Below are positions 1 through 7,128 of a stretch of 10,606 nt of DNA, piece by piece (positions within the stretch are counted from its first letter, which is position 1; each line of letters opens with the position of its first letter). The stretch is from Anaerolineae bacterium (GTDB taxonomy: Bacteria > Chloroflexota > Anaerolineae > S140-20), in the NCBI GenBank assembly GCA_027021705.1, contig JALUTT010000072.1:1-10606 (forward strand), given 5' to 3'. The notes beneath the pieces were generated by a model. That model saw nothing but the letters and a program-made list of their open reading frames with translations. It did no database searches and had not been told where the DNA came from. A program made the position numbers and the translations under genes.

Positions 1-466
1 CCCCCCGCATCAGCGGCACGAAGGGCACCAGCCCCACCACCCCCGCCGCCACCACCCGCTCCGCCTCCAACTCCCACACCCGCACCACCTGGAAGTCCCG
101 ATGGGCCGTCAAGCCCATAAACTCCTGGTGGTACCGCTCCGGCAGTTGCACCCCCTCCCCCGGCGGCAGCAGGTAGAGCACCAGCGGGTAGGCCGGCAGG
201 TCGTACCGATCCTCGGCCAGCGCCGCGTAGGCTTGCATCCGCCGGGGCATCCGCTTGTCCGCCCGCAGTTGGACCTCGACCACCAGGACGAAGGGGCCTT
301 CCCGCCCCCGCGCCCGCAGCACCTCATCGCTGTGGCGCGTCAGGAACTGGAACTCTCCCGACAGCCGCTCCTCGACCCGGATGGTCTCGTCTCCCAGCAG
401 CCAGCGGGCCCACTCCGTCGGCTCGCCGGCCAGCACGTACTTGCTCCCGATGTCCGCCCGGCCCAC
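1..466 (-). CDS. Rpn-family recombination-promoting nuclease / putative transposase-like PD-(D/E)XK protein, N-terminal 155 codons (runs off window edge; not in ORF track)
   Basis: Manual translation from GTG at 466 (GGAGG RBS at 473-477) is open to the edge: MGRADIGSKYVLAGEPTEWARWLL...EFQFLTRHSDEVLRARGREGPFVLVVEVQLRADKRMPRRMQAYAALAEDRYDLPAYPLVLYL...RVWELEAE...LVPFVPLMRG. The D...ExQ...MPxRM.aY and final LxPFVPL pattern is typical of this family. Confidence 0.8.
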   Translation of the reverse strand, partial: MGRADIGSKYVLAGEPTEWARWLLGDETIRVEERLSGEFQFLTRHSDEVLRARGREGPFVLVVEVQLRADKRMPRRMQAYAALAEDRYDLPAYPLVLYLLPPGEGVQLPERYHQEFMGLTAHRDFQVVRVWELEAERVVAAGVVGLVPFVPLMRG

Positions 467-518
467 GGCATTCCTCCTTCTCGTCGGTGTGTTGCTCCCG
501 GAATCGGCGATGCCGGAG

Positions 519-547
519 ATTGTAGCATCATCCCGCCCCCAGCGCAA
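519..547 (-). promoter_or_regulatory. Sigma70-type promoter for the Rpn-like gene
   Basis: Minus strand: TTGCGC (547-542), 17 nt, TACAAT (524-519), with extended -10 TG at 527-526. Confidence 0.65.
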
Positions 548-807
548 GGGGCAGGGGGCAAGCGGCAAGGGGCAAGGGGCAAGGACCAAGCGGCCAAGTG
601 ACCAAGCGACCACCCGACCAAACAGCGGACCGAGGACCGTGGACTGCGGACTGCGGACCAAGCGACCAAGCGACCATCCGACCAAGTGACTACCCGACCA
701 AGCATTGGACCAAGGACTGAGGACTGCGGACTGCGGACTGCGGACCAAGCGACCAAGCGACCATCCGACCAAGCGACCACCCGACCAAACAGCGGACTGC
801 GGACCGA
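544..807. repeat. Compound short tandem repeat of GCAAGGG-like 7-mers, GACCAAGC-like 8-mers and GGACTGC-like 7-mers in alternating blocks
   Basis: 5x GCAAGGG-like (544-578); 8-mer blocks at 584-623 (5), 656-703 (6), 743-790 (6); 7-mer blocks at 627-654 (4), 707-741 (5), 794-807 (2). Confidence 0.95.
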
Positions 808-828
808 TAAGCCGAGTATACAGGGAAA

Positions 829-1977
829 CTAGGGAGATGTCAAATCTTCGGGCGTCGGCGTCGGCTCTGGCGTCGGCGTGGCCCGGCAGTCGGCCACCCA
901 CGTCTCGATCCAGCCCCAGACCTGGGGATCGGCCCCCCGGGCCATCGCCTGCTGGTACATCAACTCGGCGTCGTCACAGCGCTGCTGCCCCAGGTAGGCC
1001 ACCGCCAGCCGGGCCTGGACCTCGGCCAAGGTGATGCCCAGTTCCGGCCGCTCGACGGCCACCCCCCAGCGGCGGATCTGGTCGGCGGCGACCTCCAGCG
1101 AAGTGGCCGCCTCGATCCAGTTGCCCCCGGCGCTGTAGGCCAGCCCCAAGCCGTAGTAGAGGACGACAGGGAGATCAGGGTAGCGCCGGATCCCCTCGAC
1201 GAAGGTCTTGATCGCCCGGTCCAGGTCGCCAACGCCTAAGAGGGACCGTCCCCGGTAGTAGTAGCGCAACGGGTCGTCGGGTTCCTGCAGGGCGATCCGC
1301 ACGCTCAACCGCAGCGCCTCTTCCCAGCGGTTCAGCGCCGCCAACGCCCGCCAACGGGCCACCAGGGTTGGGCCGTCCAGGGAGGGGTCCAGCGCCAACG
1401 CCTGTTGGTAAGCTTCCAGCGCTTCCTGGGGCCGATGGAGCCCGTTGAGCAGCAGTTCCGCCCGGAAGAGGTGAGCCTGGGCATCCTCCGGCACCAGGGC
1501 GATCAGGGCGTCGGCCGCCTCCAGAGCCTCCTCGGGCCGGCCCAGGTCCCACAAGGCCGCAGCGCGGACCCGATGGGCTTCGGCCAGCGTCTCGTCCAGG
1601 GCCAGAGCCTGCTCGGCGTCGGCCAGGGCCGCCTCCGGGTTCCCTCGCAGCCAGTGGACGCGGGCGCGGGCGGCGTAGGCCGGCGCATAATCAGGGGCCT
1701 CGGCGATCACCTCGTCGAACCGAGCCAGCGCCCCCTCCAGGTCCCAGGCCGCCAGCCTCGCCATCCCGGCCCGGTAGTTCCCCTCGACATCGTAGGGGGG
1801 TGTGGGCGTCGGGGTGGGCGTCGGCGTGCGCGTGGAGAGCAACAGCGGCGACGCCATCCCCTCCCCCGCCCTCGCCGATCCGCAGGCAACCAGCAGGAAG
1901 GCCAGGCCGACCAGGCCCAGCCCCAAGGCGCAGGCCCGGGAGACCTGCCGGCGGACGCCCCGCACTCCTCGGTTCAC
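829..1977 (-). CDS. Tetratricopeptide-repeat lipoprotein with Pro/Thr-rich tails (382 aa)
   Basis: Likely start GTG at 1977, overlapping the upstream TGA (GTGA), RBS GGAGG at 1984-1988. Arg-rich N-terminus, hydrophobic stretch and lipobox LVAC; multiple TPR-like units (AYAARARVHW...EAALADAEQALALD); TPTPTP tracts at both ends. Confidence 0.85.
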   Translation of the reverse strand: MNRGVRGVRRQVSRACALGLGLVGLAFLLVACGSARAGEGMASPLLLSTRTPTPTPTPTPPYDVEGNYRAGMARLAAWDLEGALARFDEVIAEAPDYAPAYAARARVHWLRGNPEAALADAEQALALDETLAEAHRVRAAALWDLGRPEEALEAADALIALVPEDAQAHLFRAELLLNGLHRPQEALEAYQQALALDPSLDGPTLVARWRALAALNRWEEALRLSVRIALQEPDDPLRYYYRGRSLLGVGDLDRAIKTFVEGIRRYPDLPVVLYYGLGLAYSAGGNWIEAATSLEVAADQIRRWGVAVERPELGITLAEVQARLAVAYLGQQRCDDAELMYQQAMARGADPQVWGWIETWVADCRATPTPEPTPTPEDLTSP

Positions 1978-2642
1978 GCGCCTCCTCCGTCGTACACCAG
2001 GTCGGCCCACACCCGCCGCCACCCTTCTTCGTCGTCAAAGGAGAGGTAGGCGACCTGGGGCCGGCCTTCCTTGTCCTGGAAGCGGACCTCCAGGGCCAGG
2101 CGGGGCCGGAGACCGTGGTAGAGCCGCCCCGGCCTCACCGCCTGCAACGCCTTCGGCTCGATGAAGATGTACCACCAGCCCCAGGCCTCGGGGTCGGGGC
2201 TGCCCAACAGCAGGAAGCGGCGGGGCTCCAAGCGGGCCATCACGATGTGCAGCCGGTTGGGCACCGTGGTGTAGAAGGCCGGCACCTCGACCTCATAGCG
2301 CTTCCGATGATCGGTGATGAAGGTCCCGCTGGCCCGCGCGGGATGGCGGGAGTCGGGCGGGACCGGCTGCGGTGGCCCATCCAGGGCCTGAGGCCGGGGC
2401 CGAAACCAGAGGTAGCCCATCCATCGGGCCACCAGGTTGCTGGCCAAGCCGGTCAGGGCCAGGGCGAGGGCCAGGACAGACCATCCTGCTCCCAGCCCGT
2501 CTCCCCACCGATGGGCCAGATGGGTCACCAACGCTACCAGCAGCCAGAAGGCAACGCCCAACCGGTCCATCCGAAAGCCGGCCACCCAGTGGCGTTGAAG
2601 GCGGTAGTTAAGGGCCAGGACCCCTCCCACCAAGGCGGCCAT
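1974..2642 (-). CDS. Hypothetical membrane protein (222 aa)
   Basis: ATG overlaps the suhB stop (TGATG) and its stop overlaps the next start; 2-3 N-terminal hydrophobic segments then a soluble domain; no family recognised. Confidence 0.75.
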   Translation of the reverse strand: MAALVGGVLALNYRLQRHWVAGFRMDRLGVAFWLLVALVTHLAHRWGDGLGAGWSVLALALALTGLASNLVARWMGYLWFRPRPQALDGPPQPVPPDSRHPARASGTFITDHRKRYEVEVPAFYTTVPNRLHIVMARLEPRRFLLLGSPDPEAWGWWYIFIEPKALQAVRPGRLYHGLRPRLALEVRFQDKEGRPQVAYLSFDDEEGWRRVWADLVYDGGGA

Positions 2643-3463
2643 CAGGCCCCCCCGTCCAGGAGCGGATCCTCGGGCCGGTCGCCCAGCCGGAAGACGGCCA
2701 GCATCTCCTCGTGGATGAGGCCGTTGCTGGCGACGATCTGCTCGCCGCTGTGGTAGCGGGGGCCGCCCTCCAAGTCGGTCACCCGTCCACCGGCCTCCTG
2801 GACCAGGAGGATGCCGGCAGCCACGTCCCAGGGGTGCAGCCGCAGTTCCCAGAACCCGTCCAGGCGACCACAGGCCACGTAGGCCAGGTCCAGGGCAGCC
2901 GCTCCGGCCCGGCGCATCCCCTGGCAGCGGCGCAGGAAGTGGGCGAAGTGGCCCACGTTGTTGTCGGGCCGGGTCCGCCGGTCGTAGGCGAAGCCGGTGG
3001 CCAGCAGGGCCTTGTCCAGCACCGGAACGGCGGAGACGTGGATGGGCCGATCGTTGAGCGTCGCGCCTCCGCCCCGCCGGGCGGCGAAGGTCTCATCCAA
3101 CAGCGGGTCGTAGATGACGCCCAGCACCGGTTCTCCTTCGGCCACCAGGGCGATGGAGACGGCGAAGGCGGGGAAGCCGTGGGCGAAGTTGGTCGTGCCG
3201 TCCAGGGGGTCAATGAGCCAGGTGGGTTGCTCCCAGCCGGTGGGATCACCACCCCCCTGCTCCTCAGCGTAGATAGCGATCTGGGGGAAGCGCTGTCGGA
3301 GCGCCCGAACGATGATCTCCTCGGCCCGCAGGTCGTACTCGGTCACCAGGTTGACCTCACCCTTGTAGGTGATCTGCGTCACGGCTCCCCAGCCCTGGCG
3401 CAGGAGCGCGCCGGCCTCCTGGGCGATGGTCACGATGATGGGAAGCCAATCGGCGTAGCGCAT
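2642..3463 (-). CDS. suhB: Inositol monophosphatase family protein (SuhB-like)
   Basis: Motifs NLVTEYD, EE, WLIDPLDGTTNFAHG, RRAGAAALDLAYVACGRLDGFWE, WDVAAG; GGAGG RBS upstream. Confidence 0.93.
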   Translation of the reverse strand: MRYADWLPIIVTIAQEAGALLRQGWGAVTQITYKGEVNLVTEYDLRAEEIIVRALRQRFPQIAIYAEEQGGGDPTGWEQPTWLIDPLDGTTNFAHGFPAFAVSIALVAEGEPVLGVIYDPLLDETFAARRGGGATLNDRPIHVSAVPVLDKALLATGFAYDRRTRPDNNVGHFAHFLRRCQGMRRAGAAALDLAYVACGRLDGFWELRLHPWDVAAGILLVQEAGGRVTDLEGGPRYHSGEQIVASNGLIHEEMLAVFRLGDRPEDPLLDGGA

Positions 3464-3494
3464 AGAGACAGCCTCCTCTTGGGCCCATTAGGGC

Positions 3495-3531
3495 TTTTCA
3501 ATCCTCTAACGGTAGGGTCCCCCTTGCTCTC
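3495..3531 (-). repeat. Solitary CRISPR-repeat-like sequence (no array)
   Basis: Minus strand GAGAGCAAGGGGGACCCTACCGTTAGAGGATTGAAAA, 37 nt, with an ATTGAAAN 3' end after a weak stem; only one copy in the window. Confidence 0.35.
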
Positions 3532-3658
3532 GCTGGATCCGTGATCCGACGGGCCGGGCAGGTCCGTGACCCGCCCGGGGCCTGTGGGGGATGCCGGAGT
3601 GCGGGAGCCGGCCCGTGGAGTTGAAGCGTTGAAGAGCCCTGGGGCACATAAGCAGGGG

Positions 3659-3686
3659 TTGACGTTGGCTATAAAAAGGCTATAAT
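3659..3686 (+). promoter_or_regulatory. Sigma70-type promoter of the antitoxin/toxin operon
   Basis: TTGACG (3659-3664), 16 nt, TATAAT (3681-3686) in an AT-rich patch; GGAG RBS at 3707-3710. Confidence 0.8.
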
Positions 3687-3716
3687 TGGATTGCAAAAAG
3701 CTGTACGGAGTAGCCG

Positions 3717-3980
3717 ATGGCTATCAAAGTGATGATCTCGTTTCCTGAAGAATTCCTGGCAGAGGTGGACCGGATCGCCCACGAGGAGCACCGCAGCCGC
3801 AGCGAGTTGGTCCGCGAAGCATTGCGGTTCTACATCGAGGCACGCTGGAGGGCCCGACGGCCTTTGGACAACCCCCGGGTGCGGGAAGCCATAGCGGTCC
3901 AGGAAGCTTTGGCCCGGCTGGCTCCCGGCACAGGGGAAGACAGCACTGCCGACATCCGACGCTGGCGCGAGACCCGGTAA
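3717..3980 (+). CDS. CopG/ribbon-helix-helix protein, probable VapB-type antitoxin (87 aa)
   Basis: KVMISFPEEFLAEVDRIAHEEHRSRSELVREAL fits the RHH pattern; C-terminal DSTADIRRWR resembles VapB tails; TAATG overlap with a PIN-domain frame. Confidence 0.88.
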   Translation: MAIKVMISFPEEFLAEVDRIAHEEHRSRSELVREALRFYIEARWRARRPLDNPRVREAIAVQEALARLAPGTGEDSTADIRRWRETR

Positions 3981-4123
3981 TGGCATACCAGATCGTCCTG
4001 GACACCTCCGTCATCATCAAGTGGTTCCGTCAGGGGGAGGTATTGGCGGATCACGCGCTACGGTGGCGCGATGCGTACCTGCAGGGGGAGGTTGAAATCA
4101 CGGTTCCCTTGTCCACTTTCTAG
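3980..4123 (+). pseudogene. vapC: Truncated PIN-domain (VapC-type) toxin, 47 aa
   Basis: MAYQIVLDTSVIIKWFRQGEVLADHALRWRDAYLQGEVEITVPLSTF*. The N-terminal VLDTS motif is present, but the frame stops before the remaining acidic catalytic residues; only 65 nt remain before the convergent gene. Confidence 0.8.
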
Positions 4124-4188
4124 GCGCACAACCGCGGTAGGGGCGTGACCCATTGTAGACCCCCCTGCGGCTTCCTCCACCCTGACGA

Positions 4189-5400
4189 CTACCCCTCCGC
4201 CACCACCTCCCGGTAGATCGCCCCCAGGCGGGCGGCGACGGCGTTCCAGTCGTGGTGGGTCTCCACGTAGCGACGCGCCGCCCGGCCCATCTGACGCCGA
4301 CGGGCCTCGTCGGCCAGGAGGGAGAGCACCGCTTCGGCCAGCCCCGCCGGCGTCTCCGCCACCAGCAGGTCCCGCCCCGGCTCCACCGCCAGAGCCCGGC
4401 AGGTGGCCGGCGTCGTCACCACCGGGGTGCCCATCGCCATCGCCTCCAGCACCTTGTTCTGAATCCCCACGCTGTAACGCAGAGGCGTGATCGCCACCGC
4501 CGCCTGGGCCAGGTAGGGGCGCAGGTCCGGTACGGTGCCGGTGACGAGGACCCGGTCGTCGGCCGCCAGCTCCCGGACGACCGAGGGCGGATCCTTGCCC
4601 ACGATCCAGACCTGGACCTGGGGCCGCCGCGCCCAGATGTGGGGCATCACCTCCTGGACCAGGCAAAGGGCCGCTGCGACGTTGGCGTGGTAGCTCATCT
4701 TGCCGCTGAAGATCAGGGTGTCCGGCCGCCGCTCCAGGCCCATCGGGCGGAAGTAGCGGAGGTCCACACCGTTGGGCAGCACGATCAACCGCTCCTCGGG
4801 CACCGGCGGTGGGGTCAGCCGGAGCAGCATCTCCCGATCCTCCGGCGAGGTCACCAGCACCCGTCGGAAGCGGTGCAACAGTTGGCCCTCGTAGCGCCGG
4901 GTGCGGGCCAGGTCCAGCCGGGCCAGGAAGCGGCTCTGCCAGCGGGGGGCCTGCCGGAGCGCCCGCTCGAAGAGAAGGGCGATGCTGTCCACCGAATCGA
5001 AGACGACGGGCAGACCCTCCAGCGCCTCCCCGAACTCGGCCCCGCGCAGGTGTTCCAGGTGGGCGACGTCGAAGTGGTTTCGCTCCAACGTCTGCCGGAT
5101 CGCCCGGACCATCTGCGGCGAGCGGGAGTAGGCGGCCTGGAAGGGCGTGTCGCCGGGCAACACCCGCAGCGCGTTCCAGAGGGGCCGCCAGCGGGGCAGC
5201 GGCACCACCCGCACCCACTCGCACCAGCCCCGCAGGTCCGAAAGCCCGCCCGCGTCGTCGCCGGGAGGGTGGAGGGCCAGCAAGCTGATCCGATGCCCCT
5301 GGGCGGCCAGGGCCTTGATCAGGTTGAAGGGCCGCACGCGGATGAGGGAGGGCAGATAGGGGGTGACGAAGAGGACGTGCAAAGCGTCAGAAGCGTTCAT
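4189..5400 (-). CDS. Glycosyltransferase family 4 (GT-B fold)
   Basis: Probable ATG at 5400 (track extends to 5439). VLFVTPYLP, LPNGVDLRYF, FSGKMSYHAN, GTVPDLRPYL, GIQNKVLEAMAMGTPVV. Confidence 0.92.
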   Translation of the reverse strand: MNASDALHVLFVTPYLPSLIRVRPFNLIKALAAQGHRISLLALHPPGDDAGGLSDLRGWCEWVRVVPLPRWRPLWNALRVLPGDTPFQAAYSRSPQMVRAIRQTLERNHFDVAHLEHLRGAEFGEALEGLPVVFDSVDSIALLFERALRQAPRWQSRFLARLDLARTRRYEGQLLHRFRRVLVTSPEDREMLLRLTPPPVPEERLIVLPNGVDLRYFRPMGLERRPDTLIFSGKMSYHANVAAALCLVQEVMPHIWARRPQVQVWIVGKDPPSVVRELAADDRVLVTGTVPDLRPYLAQAAVAITPLRYSVGIQNKVLEAMAMGTPVVTTPATCRALAVEPGRDLLVAETPAGLAEAVLSLLADEARRRQMGRAARRYVETHHDWNAVAARLGAIYREVVAEG

Positions 5401-5466
5401 AGACCTGTGACCCCGTTGACCCAGAACTCGTTGACTCAAACCCCGCCGATCCGTTGACTTCCGCCA

Positions 5467-7104
5467 TCAACGCAGCCGGTCGGCCATCTGGCGGGCGTAG
5501 TCGGCCAGGCGCGGCTGCCCCTGCTTGGCCCGCCACCAGGCCCACGTCTCCAGCTCCTGGCGCACCTGGGGGACGGTCCGCAGGAGGGGCTCCGCCTCAT
5601 CCAGCCGACCCGCCCACAGGTAGGCGTAGCCCAGCCCCTTGCGATTGGCCGGATGGGTGGGATCACCCCGCCAGGCCCGCTCCAGGTGGACGACGGCCGC
5701 CTCGAACTCCCCCGCCTCCAGGGCCAGGAGCCCCAGCCGACGGTGGGCCATCGTCTGCTCCGGCCAGGCCCCCAGGGCAGCCCGGTAGTGGTCGGCCGCC
5801 GCTGCCCGCAACCCCTCCCGCTCGTCCTCGGTGAGGTCCGGGGCCAGGTCCGCCCGGATCTCCTGGACTGCCCCCCGGTTGAGCTCGTAGGTGGCCCGCA
5901 GGAGGGGCCAGGTCAGGATGACCAGGGGGAGAACCAGGACGCCCGGCAGGACCATCTGGAGCCGGCGCCGGCCGGCCTTCGCCGTCGTGGGCCGACGCGG
6001 CCCCGCCGCCACCGCCAGCCCCAGCAGCGCGTAGAGGGGCGGCATCACCCAGCCGCCGTCTACGTACTGGGGCGCGTCGGTGAGGCCGTGCAGCAGCAGG
6101 ACGACCACCCCCAGCGATGCCCCCCAGAAGATGGGAGAGGCCCCTTCCCGAATCCCCCGCCCGAGCAGACTCAGGAAGGCGACGAGGAGCCAGAGCAACC
6201 CCAGCAGCCCCAGCAGCCCGTGGTTGAGCCAGACGGCCAGGAAGAGGTTGTGGGCGTAGTTTAGGAAAGGCACCTGGAGGAGCAGCACGTCGTAGCTGTA
6301 GACGAGGGGGAAGGTCTCCCCCAGGCCGATGCCGGTGAGCGGGTAGTCCCGCAGGAGGTGGAGGCTGTTGGCGTAGAGGGTGAAACGGCTGGCCGCCCGG
6401 GCCAGGACCGACCGCAGGCCCGGCACCCGGTCCGGCCCCAGGAGGAACAGGACGACGAGGCCGGCCAAGGCCAGACCCAACACCGCCAGAGCGAGGGGGA
6501 GCCCGACGCGGGCGGGCAACCGCCGCCGGGCCCAGAGGGCCGCCGCCAAAAAGGCCGTGACCACCAAAGCCACCCACGCCCCCCGCGACGCGGTCAGCAA
6601 CAGCGCGTAGCCCAGCGAGGCCCCCACCAGGACCGCCCCCACCCGCTCCAGCGGACGGCGGGAGGAGAGGGCCAGGGCCACGGCCAAGGGAATCCCGCCC
6701 TCCAGGAAGGTGGCCATCGCGTTGGGATGCGGCCAGAAGAAGACCAGGTTGGGGGCCAGACGACCGGTGACCTGTCCCAGCCGGTGGATGATGCCGATCT
6801 TGGCCGGGTAGCCCAGGTAGGCGTACTGGCTGATGAAGTACCAGGCCGCCAGCCCCTGGACGACCAGCACCCCCCAGGCCACGGCCCGCCCCTTCGACGG
6901 CGGCAGGCGGGCCAGAAGGCTGTAGAGCAGAAGGGAGAGGAGCAGTGCGGCGAAGAGGGACCGGCTCAAGGCCGGATCGTAGGCCACACCCAGGCCCACG
7001 AGCGCACCCAGGAGCAGGAGCAGCAGGGGAGGGTCCAAGTCCGTCGTGACCGTGAGCCTGCTCCCGGTCCTCAGGGAAGCACCCGACCGATTCTCAGCCC
7101 GCAT
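5467..7104 (-). CDS. O-antigen ligase/Wzy_C-like membrane protein with C-terminal TPR region
   Basis: ATG at 7104 with GGAG at 7111-7114; many TM segments; HPNAMA, LLTASRGAWVAL, AHNLFL, LLHGLTD; TPR-like C-terminus (AHRRLGLLALEAGEFEAA, KGLGYAYLWAGRLDEA). Confidence 0.85.
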   Translation of the reverse strand: MRAENRSGASLRTGSRLTVTTDLDPPLLLLLLGALVGLGVAYDPALSRSLFAALLLSLLLYSLLARLPPSKGRAVAWGVLVVQGLAAWYFISQYAYLGYPAKIGIIHRLGQVTGRLAPNLVFFWPHPNAMATFLEGGIPLAVALALSSRRPLERVGAVLVGASLGYALLLTASRGAWVALVVTAFLAAALWARRRLPARVGLPLALAVLGLALAGLVVLFLLGPDRVPGLRSVLARAASRFTLYANSLHLLRDYPLTGIGLGETFPLVYSYDVLLLQVPFLNYAHNLFLAVWLNHGLLGLLGLLWLLVAFLSLLGRGIREGASPIFWGASLGVVVLLLHGLTDAPQYVDGGWVMPPLYALLGLAVAAGPRRPTTAKAGRRRLQMVLPGVLVLPLVILTWPLLRATYELNRGAVQEIRADLAPDLTEDEREGLRAAAADHYRAALGAWPEQTMAHRRLGLLALEAGEFEAAVVHLERAWRGDPTHPANRKGLGYAYLWAGRLDEAEPLLRTVPQVRQELETWAWWRAKQGQPRLADYARQMADRLR

Positions 7105-7128
7105 CAACTGCTCCAGTACGGTCAGGAA

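Noticed and set aside
101..601. Plus-strand ORF of 166 aa
   Set aside because: Antisense shadow of the Rpn-like gene, which has the RBS, promoter and family motifs.
544..807. Repeat region as a CRISPR array, or as coding sequence (ORFs 255..689, 340..780, 705..1034)
   Set aside because: Units are 7-8 bp with no unique spacers; the ORFs are low-complexity translations of the repeat and overlap better-supported genes.
3554..3578. SRP RNA, because of CAGGTCCG
   Set aside because: The following conserved GAAGGAAGCAG element is absent.
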